64,000 nt of DNA from Camelus ferus (taxonomy: Eukaryota): assembly GCF_009834535.1 (NCBI RefSeq), contig NC_045697.1:80168001-80232000 (forward strand), read 5' to 3'. Shown piece after piece: positions 51,996-64,000 of the stretch. The notes beneath the pieces were generated by a model. The model did not search any database, had not been told where the DNA came from, and was given only the letters and a program-made list of their open reading frames with translations. The position numbers were made by a program, and so were the translations under genes. Positions within the stretch are counted from its first letter, which is position 1. Each line of letters opens with the position of its first letter.

Positions 51996-52707
51996 CATAA
52001 CTGCCTTCCCTGGCATGAGGGTAACTCAAAAACCCAAGATGCATCAGCTTAAGATCAAACAAAACACCAAGTTGCTGTTGCTAAGGAGATAAAGCTGACA
52101 TGAAATACAGTGGGATAATCTAGCTGGACAAAGCAGTAGTGGTGAATTTATTTTTGTTTTTAAACAAAACTAAATCAAAAAGTTATTTTCAGAACCAAAG
52201 ATTTTCTTTTTTTTATCAACTCCTTCCAAGCTTACTGACGAACACCCAAGGCAACAAAATCTGTCTGCAGCATAGGAAAGTCAAACTCTTTTAAAGTCTG
52301 GTAGTAATGACAGTGTCAGGAACCGAGAGGATTAGCTCCTGTCAATAACCCTGGTAGAAACATGTTTCAGAAGACCCTGTAGCACCCCTTCTGTATGTCA
52401 GCCCTCACCTATGTGAGAAGTCTGTGTTGACATGCAGAGATTCTGTTATAATAACTGCAGTAGAAATCCTCTCCATTCTGTATCTTTGAGCCTGCACAGG
52501 CTACTTATTTGACTAGAGTAGGTTGCCAAAGGTCTAAATCCCCACAGGACAGTCATTTTCATTTTTTTTCCAAGATCCCACTATTTCCCTCTTAACTCCT
52601 GCTGAATACCTCGTGTTGCAGACATGACACCCGCTGTAAGGGCTGCCTGGAGAAGGTGAGAGGACAGGAACATAAGTGTATGACCTCTGTGGGGGCTGCT
52701 CTACGTC

Positions 52708-52870
52708 CGTGATCTCAAGGTGTTTCCCAGGACCAGGAGCATTAGCCCCACCTGGGAACGTGTTAAAAATGCAAATATTCCCACCCTAGACCTACTGAAT
52801 CAGAAACAGCAACCTGCTTCAACCAGTCCCTCCACGTGACCAAGCTGTAGGTGGAAGTTTGAGAATGTTA
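52708..52870. mobile_element. MER5A-like MITE about 110 nt downstream of exon 8
   Basis: CACCTGGGAACGTGTTAAAAATGCAAATATTCCCACCCTAGACCTACTGAATCAGAAAC...AAGTTTGAGAA. Confidence 0.75.
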
Positions 52871-52926
52871 ACTCTAAGTTGACCGCTAGACAACACCAAC
52901 TTCAAAACGAAGAGATACTATTTTTA

Positions 52927-53169
<243 letters not shown>

Positions 53170-56100
53170 TCATCAAGACAAAACAAGGCTCTCAGAGTAC
53201 TAAAATAATGGGGTCGAGTTTCTCTCCATAATCAACACTAATGTGTCCTGCTTTGGAGCTTATTAGAAAAAACACATCTTTCTTCCCAGATATGAAGGCC
53301 AATCCATTGTGCCACATGGTCAGGGTGTATACTTTCAGGCCACTTGGTTAGCAGTTCTGATTCGCAATGACTTATATGGGAGTTAAAACTGAACCTGTGA
53401 AGGGGATCAGAACATCCTCCCCAACACACGAAATTAGGAGAAAACTGAAGATAGGGTGAGAACCCTGCAAAAGATGATAATTATCATGATGCCTACCTAC
53501 TTTACTATGAGAAGTAGTCATTCATAAAATAAGACTCAAAGCATAGATCCTAGGGACAAATTTAAAGCAAATTTTTAGTAAATATTTTTGAAAGTGAGGT
53601 AGTCTATGGGTGGGTGGTGCTAATGGTAACTGAAGAACTCTCTAGGAGAAGAAATAACCTCAAAATATATCAAAGAGCTCACCATGTACTAATAAATCAA
53701 TAATCAGTGTGAACTTGTAACTGGAAACTAAAGAGAAGACTTGGGAATATTCAGTTAAAACACTATTGAGCAAGTTTCAGCTAGACTTTTAATGTAAGAG
53801 ACATTAAGTTGGCAGATGGCAAAAGGAAGTTTCATATGCTATAAATCAGTGTAGAATCCAATAAGGTACACTTAAATCACAACTTATAGCTAGAATCTAG
53901 AGTAAAAGATTTCTTACTTCTGAAAATAATAGTTTTCAAATAAAAAAAAATTACTTTACCAAAAAATAACTATTCCTACTTGGAAGTTTTGTTTAAAAGC
54001 ACAAAAAGAAAGAAAAAATACTTAAAAGGATATGTAATTAGAAATTCCTCTAACTACAAATCACTGATGAAGCATATTATATTTACTGGGATGCAAAGTG
54101 CCCAAGGAAAGAGCTTTTCCCCTCATCCTCATGACAAGTTTGTACTTAAAAATAAGTGTGTGTGTATATATATGTGTGTATATATATATACAGAGAGAGA
54201 GAGAGGCATGGTTACTTCTCTGAAAATTATATTAGAAAATGAGGCAAAGGATTTTGGATTTCATTTTTTCCATTTTCATTACTTTTCCCTTTCCTTGTCT
54301 GTTTTAGAGGAGGATGGGTGGACAATGAGAAAGGACTTCAAGAAAAGACCCATATGTTATAGCTGAAGCCCTACATGGACCACAGTGGATCCAACTCTAC
54401 CTCACACTTTACTTAATAGAAATGTTCGCTTGGCAGGTGTGAGGTGAAGAGAGTTACTGAGCAACAATGGTGGCTCCCCTGCCTACAGCACCAAGATCAC
54501 CTGGAGGAGGGATGTGGAGGCAGCTGATCCTGAGGTGGGGATAGGCACAGCCATCCTGAAGAGCTCCCCAGTGCTTCCCATCTGCCGTACCTGCTCTCTC
54601 TCATTCCAACCATTCCTCCCCAGCTGAATCATGGACAAAGGGAATCCGATGAGAAACCAATGTCAGAGGCCAGATTAAAGACCAAGGCCCTGGCTGGCAC
54701 TTGAAGATCATTTATCTTCTCGTCCCTGCCCCACCGCCCTTTCATTCACCCAACATCATTTCTTTCTTCTTCTGAGCATGTACCCTAAAAATCTCTTTAA
54801 AGTCTCTTGAAAATAAACTTGTCCTTCTCACCCTTGATTATACTTTTTCTATTCCTTGAACCCTCAATTTTCTTCCCCTACCTTCCTTCTCTGAGAGTGG
54901 CTCTAAATCATTTCCATGTTAGAGATCGCCTTAGCTAACTACAGTTCTCAGTAGTCCTTTCTTTCTCTGAATTTTGACTACCCTTTTATACACAATCCAT
55001 ACCCTTCTATCTAGAATTGGTCAACTTTAATTCATGTCTTCAGTAACTCAGGAGACTACATGGCCTGGAATAGGAACTGTTAATGATATTGCATCTAGTA
55101 GAAAAGACAGGGATGTGAGTCATTATGTAAGAAATTAAAAGATGATCTTAAATATAAATTATTACCTCTTCTGGAGACTCAAATGCTAAGAGAATATCAT
55201 CACACTCATTCATATTCAGCACTACTATCATTGCAGCAGCCAGTGGGGTCCTTACTCCTAAGAACATGGAAGCCCACATCTAAATGCGTGAACGTTAAAA
55301 CGGCATGCTTACTCCACAAGATGTCCATATGAATACAGAAACACTGAAGGTAAAATAAATAAGGTCTTCTCTAGCAGGAGATTAAACTCCTAAGAATCTA
55401 GTCTATCATGATATATGCTGTTAACAGGGAGTTTAATGAGGGCTTGCCTTCTCTAGAGACAGCATGTTTCTTGTTCTGAAAAACCAATAGCAATATCAGA
55501 ACAGATCACACAAAGAGAAAACAGACTTACTTACTGTTGGAAATGTATCCATTGCAACATACTGTCATTAAAAAACCTTAATATTTAAAAAAGAGACATA
55601 ATAGCAACCAAGCAAAATCATTCTTCCATGAAGTAAGATCACGGCAGTTATCCTGTTCTCCTAGCAGCAACAAAAAAACCAGAAGCGTACTGCAAACAGC
55701 ATTTCTAATCCCATAGGAGAAACAGACTATTTCTCTTTGGTAAATTTTCTAGCCATCTTAACAAGTGTAATGACACAGGGTGTTACTTCTAGCCTTCTTG
55801 GCTGGTATTCAGAGAGGTCAGGGCCAGAGAGACAGAAGAAGTAACATGGGAAAAGCAAACATTTGAACTTGAAAATGAGAATTAAAAAAATAGTAAGACA
55901 CAGTAGACAGCTTCTATAATGGCTTTATTTCTCTTATTTGTATTAGACCTCTTATACTCATTAAAATTACATAAAAGCCTGAAACTCTGGCATTAACACA
56001 TCATGAAGAAAGAGTTCTGCTCTTGTCTTATTAAAATAAAAAGGCTCCACACTCAACAATGATACTATATTTTAAAAGGTAAAATTAATCAAATACATGT

Positions 56101-56297
56101 GACTACGATGGCAGATAACACTGAATATAAAAACAAGTCATTCACACTAAAACATGCCTTTACTCCTAAAACCTAGAATATGTCAGGTAATATCCCCCAA
56201 AGAAATGTAGTACACCACATGCCCACTTCTTTTCCCTAGGTAGGTAACCACGAGAATTTGCTTGAACTTGAGTACATTAAGTTTTAAAATATAGCTT

Positions 56298-56327
56298 AAA
56301 AAAAGAAAAAAAAAAAAAAAAAAAAAA
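56298..56327. repeat. Poly(A) tract A7-G-A22
   Basis: Counted directly. Confidence 0.95.
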
Positions 56328-56694
56328 GGAAACATTCTCTTAAGCTTAGAAACTATGTGTTTCTTTTGAACACTTTTGAAATGCTAAATTTTCTTAGAAT
56401 TTAAAATGTACCTCTTAAAGTCATTACTCTAATAGATACTTTAGCAAGAACTTAACTGACACCATCATACTGAAGAAAAAATGTGAATTTTACTCTCCAT
56501 CTGTCATTGTTTCTCTGGGACCAGCTTGCTTTGAGAAACGAATTACCACAATTTGAAATTTTGTGTACTTCTGTTTGGACTACTATTGCTTTCACTAGCC
56601 TGATAACTGGTCATTCACTCAACAACGTTCACTGTGTGGGCAAAGTACTGCGACATGTGTTTCATACCAAGATGTTTTTGAAAACCTACTGAAC

Positions 56695-56870
56695 AGCTTT
56701 CACAGCCCAGGCATGTTCCACTGGACTACTTCACTTAGTCTCGTAACAGCCCCGTGAAGGAGTGTTTATTATCTTCATCTACGAAGAGGACACTGACCTC
56801 ACAGAGCTTAAATGACTTGCCCAGTGTCACAGCTATGGAGAATCAGAGCCAGGATATAATCTCAAGTATT
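56695..56870 (-). mobile_element. MIR SINE
   Basis: CTCGTAACAGCCCGTGAAGG...GAGGACACTGAC...AGAGCTTAAATGACTTGCCCAGTGTCACAGCTA. Confidence 0.7.
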
Positions 56871-57334
56871 TTAAATGAAAAAGCAGAAACTTTTCCCTGC
56901 ACACAGTCACTCAAACAGCTTGTGATCTAGCAGAACAGATAAAACATAGAGCACCAAAACGGAATAGATTTCAGGAGTTCACGCCAACCCTCTTGTAAGT
57001 ATCATCCAAGTGTTGATGTTAAATTTCAGCCTCAGCTCTGACAATAAAGCTTCTGTCTTACTCCTGGTATCCAATCGTCATCTTGTATACAGTCCTGGGA
57101 ATTGCATCCCTGAGCCTAAGTCCCTCTTTTTGGTGGGTGAGGTAGGGTTCTTGCTTTGCTCTAGACAGGACTAGAGTTCTATCTTTGAAACCAGCCTCTG
57201 GGGCTCCAATTTCCCCTAAACAGACTCTTAGAGTTTAGAGGCTTGTTACCTGGAACTTGCTTGCTCCTATATAGTCCTCCGTTCAAGCTGTTTAAGTGCA
57301 TAATTTGAACTACTTCCTTAGCCTAATTGGCTCC

Positions 57335-57800
57335 TTGTCCTAAGGCTACCCTCAAAGCCATCCTCCACACTGCGACCAAAATCATCATCACATAACATAA
57401 ACCCAAGTACGTCCCTTCCTACTTAAATTTTTACCAGATCCCTGAAACGTCTAAGATAGAAGCCAAACTATTCAAAAGGACAAAAATCTCATTAACTACC
57501 ACTCATCTCAGTATACTTTATACTTTAGCTGTAACAAATTTTTTGTTTCATGCCTCTGAGATTTTGCATGTGCTGATCCCATCTCCTTGAATGTCTGTGA
57601 ATAAACCTCTCATTCAGCCACTAGGAAGGCAGAAGACTCATCCCAATGACTGAAATTTCAACCAGAGGCAGAACTTCATAATTCCTCTCTTGTGCTCCAG
57701 AGCACCTCCCTCATGTCTCTGTGAAGGTGCTCCCACACTGCATGGTAAATACTTATTGATATGAAAGTGTGAGCTTCTCGAGGGGGAGGACCTCCTAATT
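57335..57800 (+). mobile_element. Degraded LINE-2 fragment
   Basis: CCATCCTCCACACTGC...AAGCCAAACT...TTTGCATGTGCTGATCCC...TGTGAGCTTCTCGAGGG. Confidence 0.55.
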
Positions 57801-59198
57801 AATTGATGCATCTTCAGTGATTTGCTCTGCCCATCTCTGTGACAGCCCTGCTACTTTCTGTTGGACCCCGATTCCTGTCACTGCATATTCTTTATCTGTG
57901 TCAACCATACCTTTTCCTAGGATAAAAACCTCTCTCTGAATCTCAGATTTATAGAACTAATTCTAGGTCCTACCTTCTTTCAGTTTGCAGTTAACAAGAA
58001 CAAGCTTACTCATATGTCAAAATATGACAAACCAAATGCCAAATTTGGAAGTACTGAATTCACCTGGTGCTTAGGGAGAGCCTTATTGTAAAAGGCAGTA
58101 TGAAACTGGAAAGATATCACAGACAAGGATAATGGTCAGGTACTACTGAAACAGGATAGGCAGCAGAAAATGAGGTCCTCAGTTAGGCTGCCTGTAGGGG
58201 AGACTGACAAGGCTGCCCCACCAGCCACTCCCATTAACTAGTGGGGGCCAATCAGAGATGGTGAATCCTGGGAGCTCTGTGTACATTTTAGTACATTTGT
58301 GTGTTTAGGGATACAGAGAAGCATTTGTGTGTAAAACAAAAGAAGTAAGCACTTTTTGAGCTCTCTTTCTCTTTGTTGTTGTTCAAAGTGAAGGACATTT
58401 AAAAGATTTAGCTAATCTCAACAAACTGAAAGTCAGAAAAGAGGCGAGATTGGGGTTATAGGGAGTGGTTATATTCAGGACACTACATGAAAAATGGGCT
58501 GAAATTGGGAAATGGCGGAAAGAGAGGCAGAAGAAAATCAGTGAGTGAAATAATGTATTCAGGCTAAATATCAAAACAATCCATAAGCCTGGTAAGAAAT
58601 GCTATAATTTGAAAATTTGTTTAGAGTTAACCTCTTCCTTAATTGCAAGGAAACAGTAATTTGATCATATAGAAATTTGAAAATCATCAAAATTGCAGAG
58701 AAGAAAGTGGCACTTTGGAGAATAGAAGATGAAACACACACACAGACATAAATCTTTCTGTATATACCTTATAATATTTTTAAAACTTTAATTTGCTCAT
58801 CACAAAATATGTAAAATATTCTGCAAGTATTTCCTGAGTACCTACTACTTACAGAGGCGTTTTTGGCATCAAGCGAGGCTGTCTGTGAACAATCGGTTTT
58901 CTCTCAAATAAAGTAATCTTAGAATATTTGCAATCCTCCTACTATTCTCAGTACATAATCCATTTTTTACCCATCCTTTAACTTAAAAGTCTATGTGTTA
59001 TTGCTCTACTATATTTTCCCTTAAATTATTTCTGCACTATATACCTTTCATGTCAGGAATGTTAGGTACTTATAATGGTCCAATATCTTAAAATTAGTCA
59101 ACTTGTCAAAATGAACATTTCCATCCAGTTTTGGTTAGGAAGTGGGATGTGCCTGGAGCCAGAAAAGAACAAGTTGCTCAGGAGAGGGAGGGCCTCTA

Positions 59199-59312
<114 letters not shown>

Positions 59313-60116
59313 TCAGAAAGAAAAAAAGAAAGACTGAAGTGAGAACCGATTTTAAGTGACTATTCAAAACTAGCATTTTATACGATAGGGAGGGGAAAAA
59401 AAAAGTCATGCACTGTCCTCTCTCCCGGAGACTTTCATTCCTAAATCCCAGGGAAAATGTAGTTAGAAAATGATTACAAATGATCATGTGTGCAGGCTTC
59501 AGACAGATGCATAAATGCACTGGAGAGATACTGGGCTGAAGAGAGAATTCACTTAGGGAGAAATCCAACGAAGGGGCGCACCTGTCTTGACCTGCTCACA
59601 TGCTTCCAAGGGCTGCATGACTTGGCCACAGACATTGGCTTAGAAGCCTAACAGAGCAGACATTTTCAGCAGAAGGAAACTTGGCAAAATGATAACAAGA
59701 GTTGGACCAAACTACAGACATTTGGCAAATGAAACTGTGCAAATTAAATCCTAGTTGACTTCAACAGTTTGGACCCAAATGTAGTGATTTTGACTCCTCT
59801 GTGTTTCCAAACAATTTCCATACAAATTTTTGAGTCTTACTCTGAATTCTGTATTAAAATTGCTGTCTTTAAGAATCTGTTTATTCTTAAAGGCAGAAAG
59901 AGTCTACTATTATTTGCCAAATGTTATAGTCGGCTTTTTTTCATAAGCCAATTTTTAAAAATAATTGATATGTCTTCAAAGTGTGATTCAAAGCATTACT
60001 TATATATTTATTTTCACATCTCAGAATACTGTAAGAAAGACACATTTTATTTTCTTAGGTATTTATTGTTACTCAAGGACTGATAACTCAGACTTGGAAT
60101 AAGGCTGTGTCTACAC

Positions 60117-60410
60117 CACTGTTTCCCAACCAAGGGCATCGAGATACATTGGTACTTTGAAAATAAGCACCAGGACAGTCTTAAATTTCCCTGGGCCACC
60201 TCTGTGGATTTTAAGAGATGAAGGGAGAAGATGGTTAGGAAAAGGAGGCTAATTAATTAATATGGTGAAGTCTATCATCCCCAGGTATCTGGATGAATGT
60301 ATGTCCGGATTGGAATATATATTCGGGAGAGTGGTTCATCTCCTTACCTCGGGATAAGACCCGGCAAATTCAGAGATGTGCCTCAGATTGAAAAAAGCTG
60401 GGAAACAATG
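60117..60410. mobile_element. hAT-Charlie-type MITE (non-autonomous DNA transposon)
   Basis: Terminal inverted repeats CACTGTTTCCCAAC ... GCTGGGAAACAATG; flanks GTCTACAC / G(AC)TCTACAA resemble a decayed 8-bp TSD. Confidence 0.7.
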
Positions 60411-63400
60411 GACTCTACAAGTGCCAAAACAATTGTCTGAAAAATCTAAAACCAGTCAATCAAACTGGTTTTGTTTCTACATTAACAACTACTTTCATTT
60501 TTTTTTTTTTTCATGAAATTGGCTACTTTTTTTCCTCTTACTGAATTAGTCAATTCTGTAGGTTGTTTTGACCTTGGGTAAACACAGCCTAAACCAATAT
60601 TTAATTTATTAATTAAGCCAGCCATGCAAATTAGCAAAGACTCATATCCAGAACTTGGAAGAAATTAGGTTAAGTCTGCAAGAACTAGAGTGTAGGCAAG
60701 TAAGTTTTAATAAAGTACCAGACTTCTTCAGGCTCTTGCTGCTCACTGCCATCAGATTCATCACTGCCATGACAATTGGTAATTGTAAGGAAAGCTCTGT
60801 AATTTTTTTTAGGGCTGATAGGGTTTTTACATCAACACTAACTACATGATAATTTAATGTGGGTGTTGGAATGAAGATGTCTCAAGAATATGAAAGATCT
60901 CCACACTAAAATAACTTTAAGTAAAACTTAACATTCAAAATTACTTGGAACTCTGTTTATCCATCAATATACTATAGTACCTAACCAGTTATATTATTAA
61001 TATCTGACATTTTATTTTCACAACTGAAATTTAAAATTTATACTCATGCATCTTTTGATTCAATCAAGAAGTGATTTACAGCTCTTAATTTATGGAATAA
61101 GTAACTTGGAGAAAACCTCATTAAACTGTAAGCAATGGTTTATTTCTCAGTAACTTTCACTTTCAAAAGCATTGCAATGTCAGAAATCTCTGCTCATGCA
61201 CATCTGTCCTAGTTTGACAAGCACAGACTCACTCAAGGAAAGAGTTCCAAACACTTTAGAAATCAGTCATTTTAGGTGTTTTAAATCTCAAGTGCTATTT
61301 AAAGTTTGTTGAGCAAATGCCAGTTTCATCAGTGAATAAACTTTAATGTGCTTTTATTCCTATCAATAAATCAAGAAGCTTTAGGGCAGTGCTCTGTGCA
61401 TTATGCCCTTAAATGCCAAGTATCTGCCAATTCAGAAGAAGTGGAATGGAATGCCCCAGAGTTTTAACATGCATGGCCTCTGAATGACTGAGGCAAATAG
61501 TCATACCTAGATGCGACCTAGAAGACCTCCCTTTAGGGGCCTGTGAGTCATCCGGGAAATAATAAATCCATCTGGATCAGTGTTTCACCTTATACCCATG
61601 AAGACTGTTCAGCTGCAGTTATGTACAGGAAAAGGCAGGGCTATTTCAAAGGTATTGTATAGATTTAAAAATTAATAGCACTGAAATGGCTTCATGTTTA
61701 TGCATATCTTTTAGGCAAGCCTAAAATAGAGTATTATGGAATGCCAACTGAAAAATTAGGATGATTACTGACTTTATTAAAGGATTATTTGCTTTATAAA
61801 ATGTTTTATCACAGTGTTTCTTCTAATGGCCAGCTTCGGAGAAACATTAACAGTATCACACAAATTTGACTTATATACAACTCTTTGCAATACAGTTGTG
61901 TGAGTAATCCTGACATGTCCTGCAAGGATATGGGAGGCTTAATTACCAAGAATTTCTAAACCAACATTTAAACCAGGACATACACACTTATTCTGATTTT
62001 CTTTAATTACTACCATTCACACAGCCTCCAACTTAAAAACATACTGTACCACAAAAGTTCACTGGCAAGTAGGTTAGTTCAGATTGTGAATGCCTACAGA
62101 AAGGAAAATGATTTGTGATTTTACTCTACAAAAGCTGAAATAGTAGAATCTCTCACCTAATCAGTGGCTACTTCTTTAGAAAGATCATCATTACCCTTTT
62201 ATCTGCTACTGTTCCACTATTTTGATTTTCTAAAACAAATGAGAAAGGTGAGGTCAGAAACCCAGGCCTTCAATCACAGCTCTAGGTGAACTTGGGGGCA
62301 TAGCACTATGAGAGAAATGGGCAACACTGATGATTGAGGATGATCTAGACGTCCTGGGCCTCACTGTTATCAACTATGTGGACTGGGGTAACTCATAGAC
62401 TCTTGGAACTAATTAATTAGTTCTTCATCCCTGAAATGAACATCACAAGTATATAGATATCTCAAATTCTTATAATGCAATCACTGTTTAGGTTGGTTTT
62501 TAAATAGATTCTACTGACATTCTCACACCCAGGTTTGTTCCCCACCCCATTGCTTCCTAATGATGCAGGATTTTCCACGACATCTGGTCTTAGCGTCAAC
62601 AACCATTTATAGCATATCAGCTGTAATGAGCAGCAACTGTTTGCAAGCTTTGTTCTGTACTTCCATATGGACATAATGGCAACTCCTTTCATGGTGATTT
62701 GGGATTTTCTTGAAACTGTTCAAATATCTCAAAGTACAGAAACAAGTTGCTGGAATCACTTTTAGAACCAGAAGAGACTTGGGAGATAAAATAATTCAAC
62801 CCCCTCAGTTTATAAGTGAGATAAGGAGGCTGAAAAAGATGAAAGACTTTGAGGCCAGACTTCCTCACCCTTTCCTGTTAAAGATGTGATGCTGAGGAAA
62901 CTCCTCAGATGATATAAACATTGTTCATTCTCAAAAGGTAGTCCATTCAGTAGATATTTTTAGAATTCAAAGTACTCAAAAATTTTTACTACTCAGATCC
63001 AAATAAAACAGGGGGAAAACTTATGAAAAGACATAGTTTTAATCTTGCTTCTTGAAAATCTCATAAACATCACGAGGGTTTCTAAACTATATGATCTTTA
63101 CTAAGGAACTGATTCAGCAAAGGTGATGATCATCTTTAATATTAGTCATATTAACATCTTCAACATCAGTCATATCACAGATTTATCCGTGCACTATGTG
63201 ATAACCATCTAACCAATATAAACTCCAACATTCGGAATGTACATGTGTAGTGAAATCATGTGATTTACTTTTTTAAAAAAAATGCTTTTTCTTTACAGAT
63301 ATTATAAAACAGCAAGTTACTAGTTTTATTAGTCCGTATTATTTGACTCTTACATTCCCTCGGATATTAGCTTTTATGAAGTGAAACTGTTCTTTTAAAT

Positions 63401-64000
63401 TTCTTTTCTCTATTGGAAAGTCTCAATATTTCAACAGGAAGTTAATCATTCAATGCTTTGGTGTGTTTTCAGTCACTTCTCCTTTGCCAAGGAAGGTGTG
63501 AACAAAGCTCCTAGAAATAAACTAAACTAAATGAAACTGCATGAATTGAAAAACTTGACTATCAGCTCATTCATGCACATGGCAGAGGTTCTTTTATGCA
63601 CATGGTACAAGGGACTTTTGCTTTTATTTTCACATAGTACAGATGCCTGAATTTATGTCCTTAGCATGGGGAGTTTATAGCTGAGGCATGTGCTTGAGGT
63701 TTGTGATTAGGAAGTACTATTTCTGTCACCACACATATATACACAAGTTTGTAAGAATCAATCTAGTCCATTCCTGTTTCTTGATTTACTTCTACATTAT
63801 CAGCACACACTATCAGGTAGATTGAAAGAACCAGAGTGTAACCACAGTGAGACTTTGCCGATTACCCACTGTTTCTCCACAGCCTGGCATACATGAAGCA
63901 CTCAATAAACCAACTCCAGAATGACTGGAATTTTTCACATATATAGCTTGTTTCTAATATACCTACACACATTATGCACAAATGATATGTTCTTTAAGTT

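Overview
Mammalian genomic DNA lying entirely inside the CAMK2D gene (CaMKII-delta), which runs on the minus strand. Twelve coding exons can be read directly, all with GT-AG boundaries and consistent phases: exons 7-13 (kinase C-lobe and regulatory segment), alternative linker exons 14 (NLS, KRKSSSSVQMM), 15 and 16, exon 17, and the first hub exon 18 (numbering follows the usual human convention). Exons 1-6 lie beyond the right edge and exons 19 onward beyond the left edge. A tRNA-derived SINE resembling Vic-1, with no Alu, Bov-tA/BovB, PRE1 or Can-SINE seen, suggests a camelid (inference). The introns hold a 2.4-kb 5'-truncated L1, short L1 3' ends, an ERV1-type solo LTR with a 4-bp TSD, MER5-like and other hAT MITEs, and L2 and MIR fragments. 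No novel multi-gene system is supported. The most unusual items are a U6 snRNA/L1 chimeric retrocopy, a tail-less internal L1 ORF2 fragment flanked by a 17-bp TSD, an identical 13-mer about 245-250 nt upstream of both exon 15 and exon 16, RBFOX and YCAY motif clusters around the linker exons, and two speculative unannotated exons (an 18-nt in-frame microexon and a 63-nt poison exon). Boundaries of the old repeats are approximate and their family names come from recall, not from a search.
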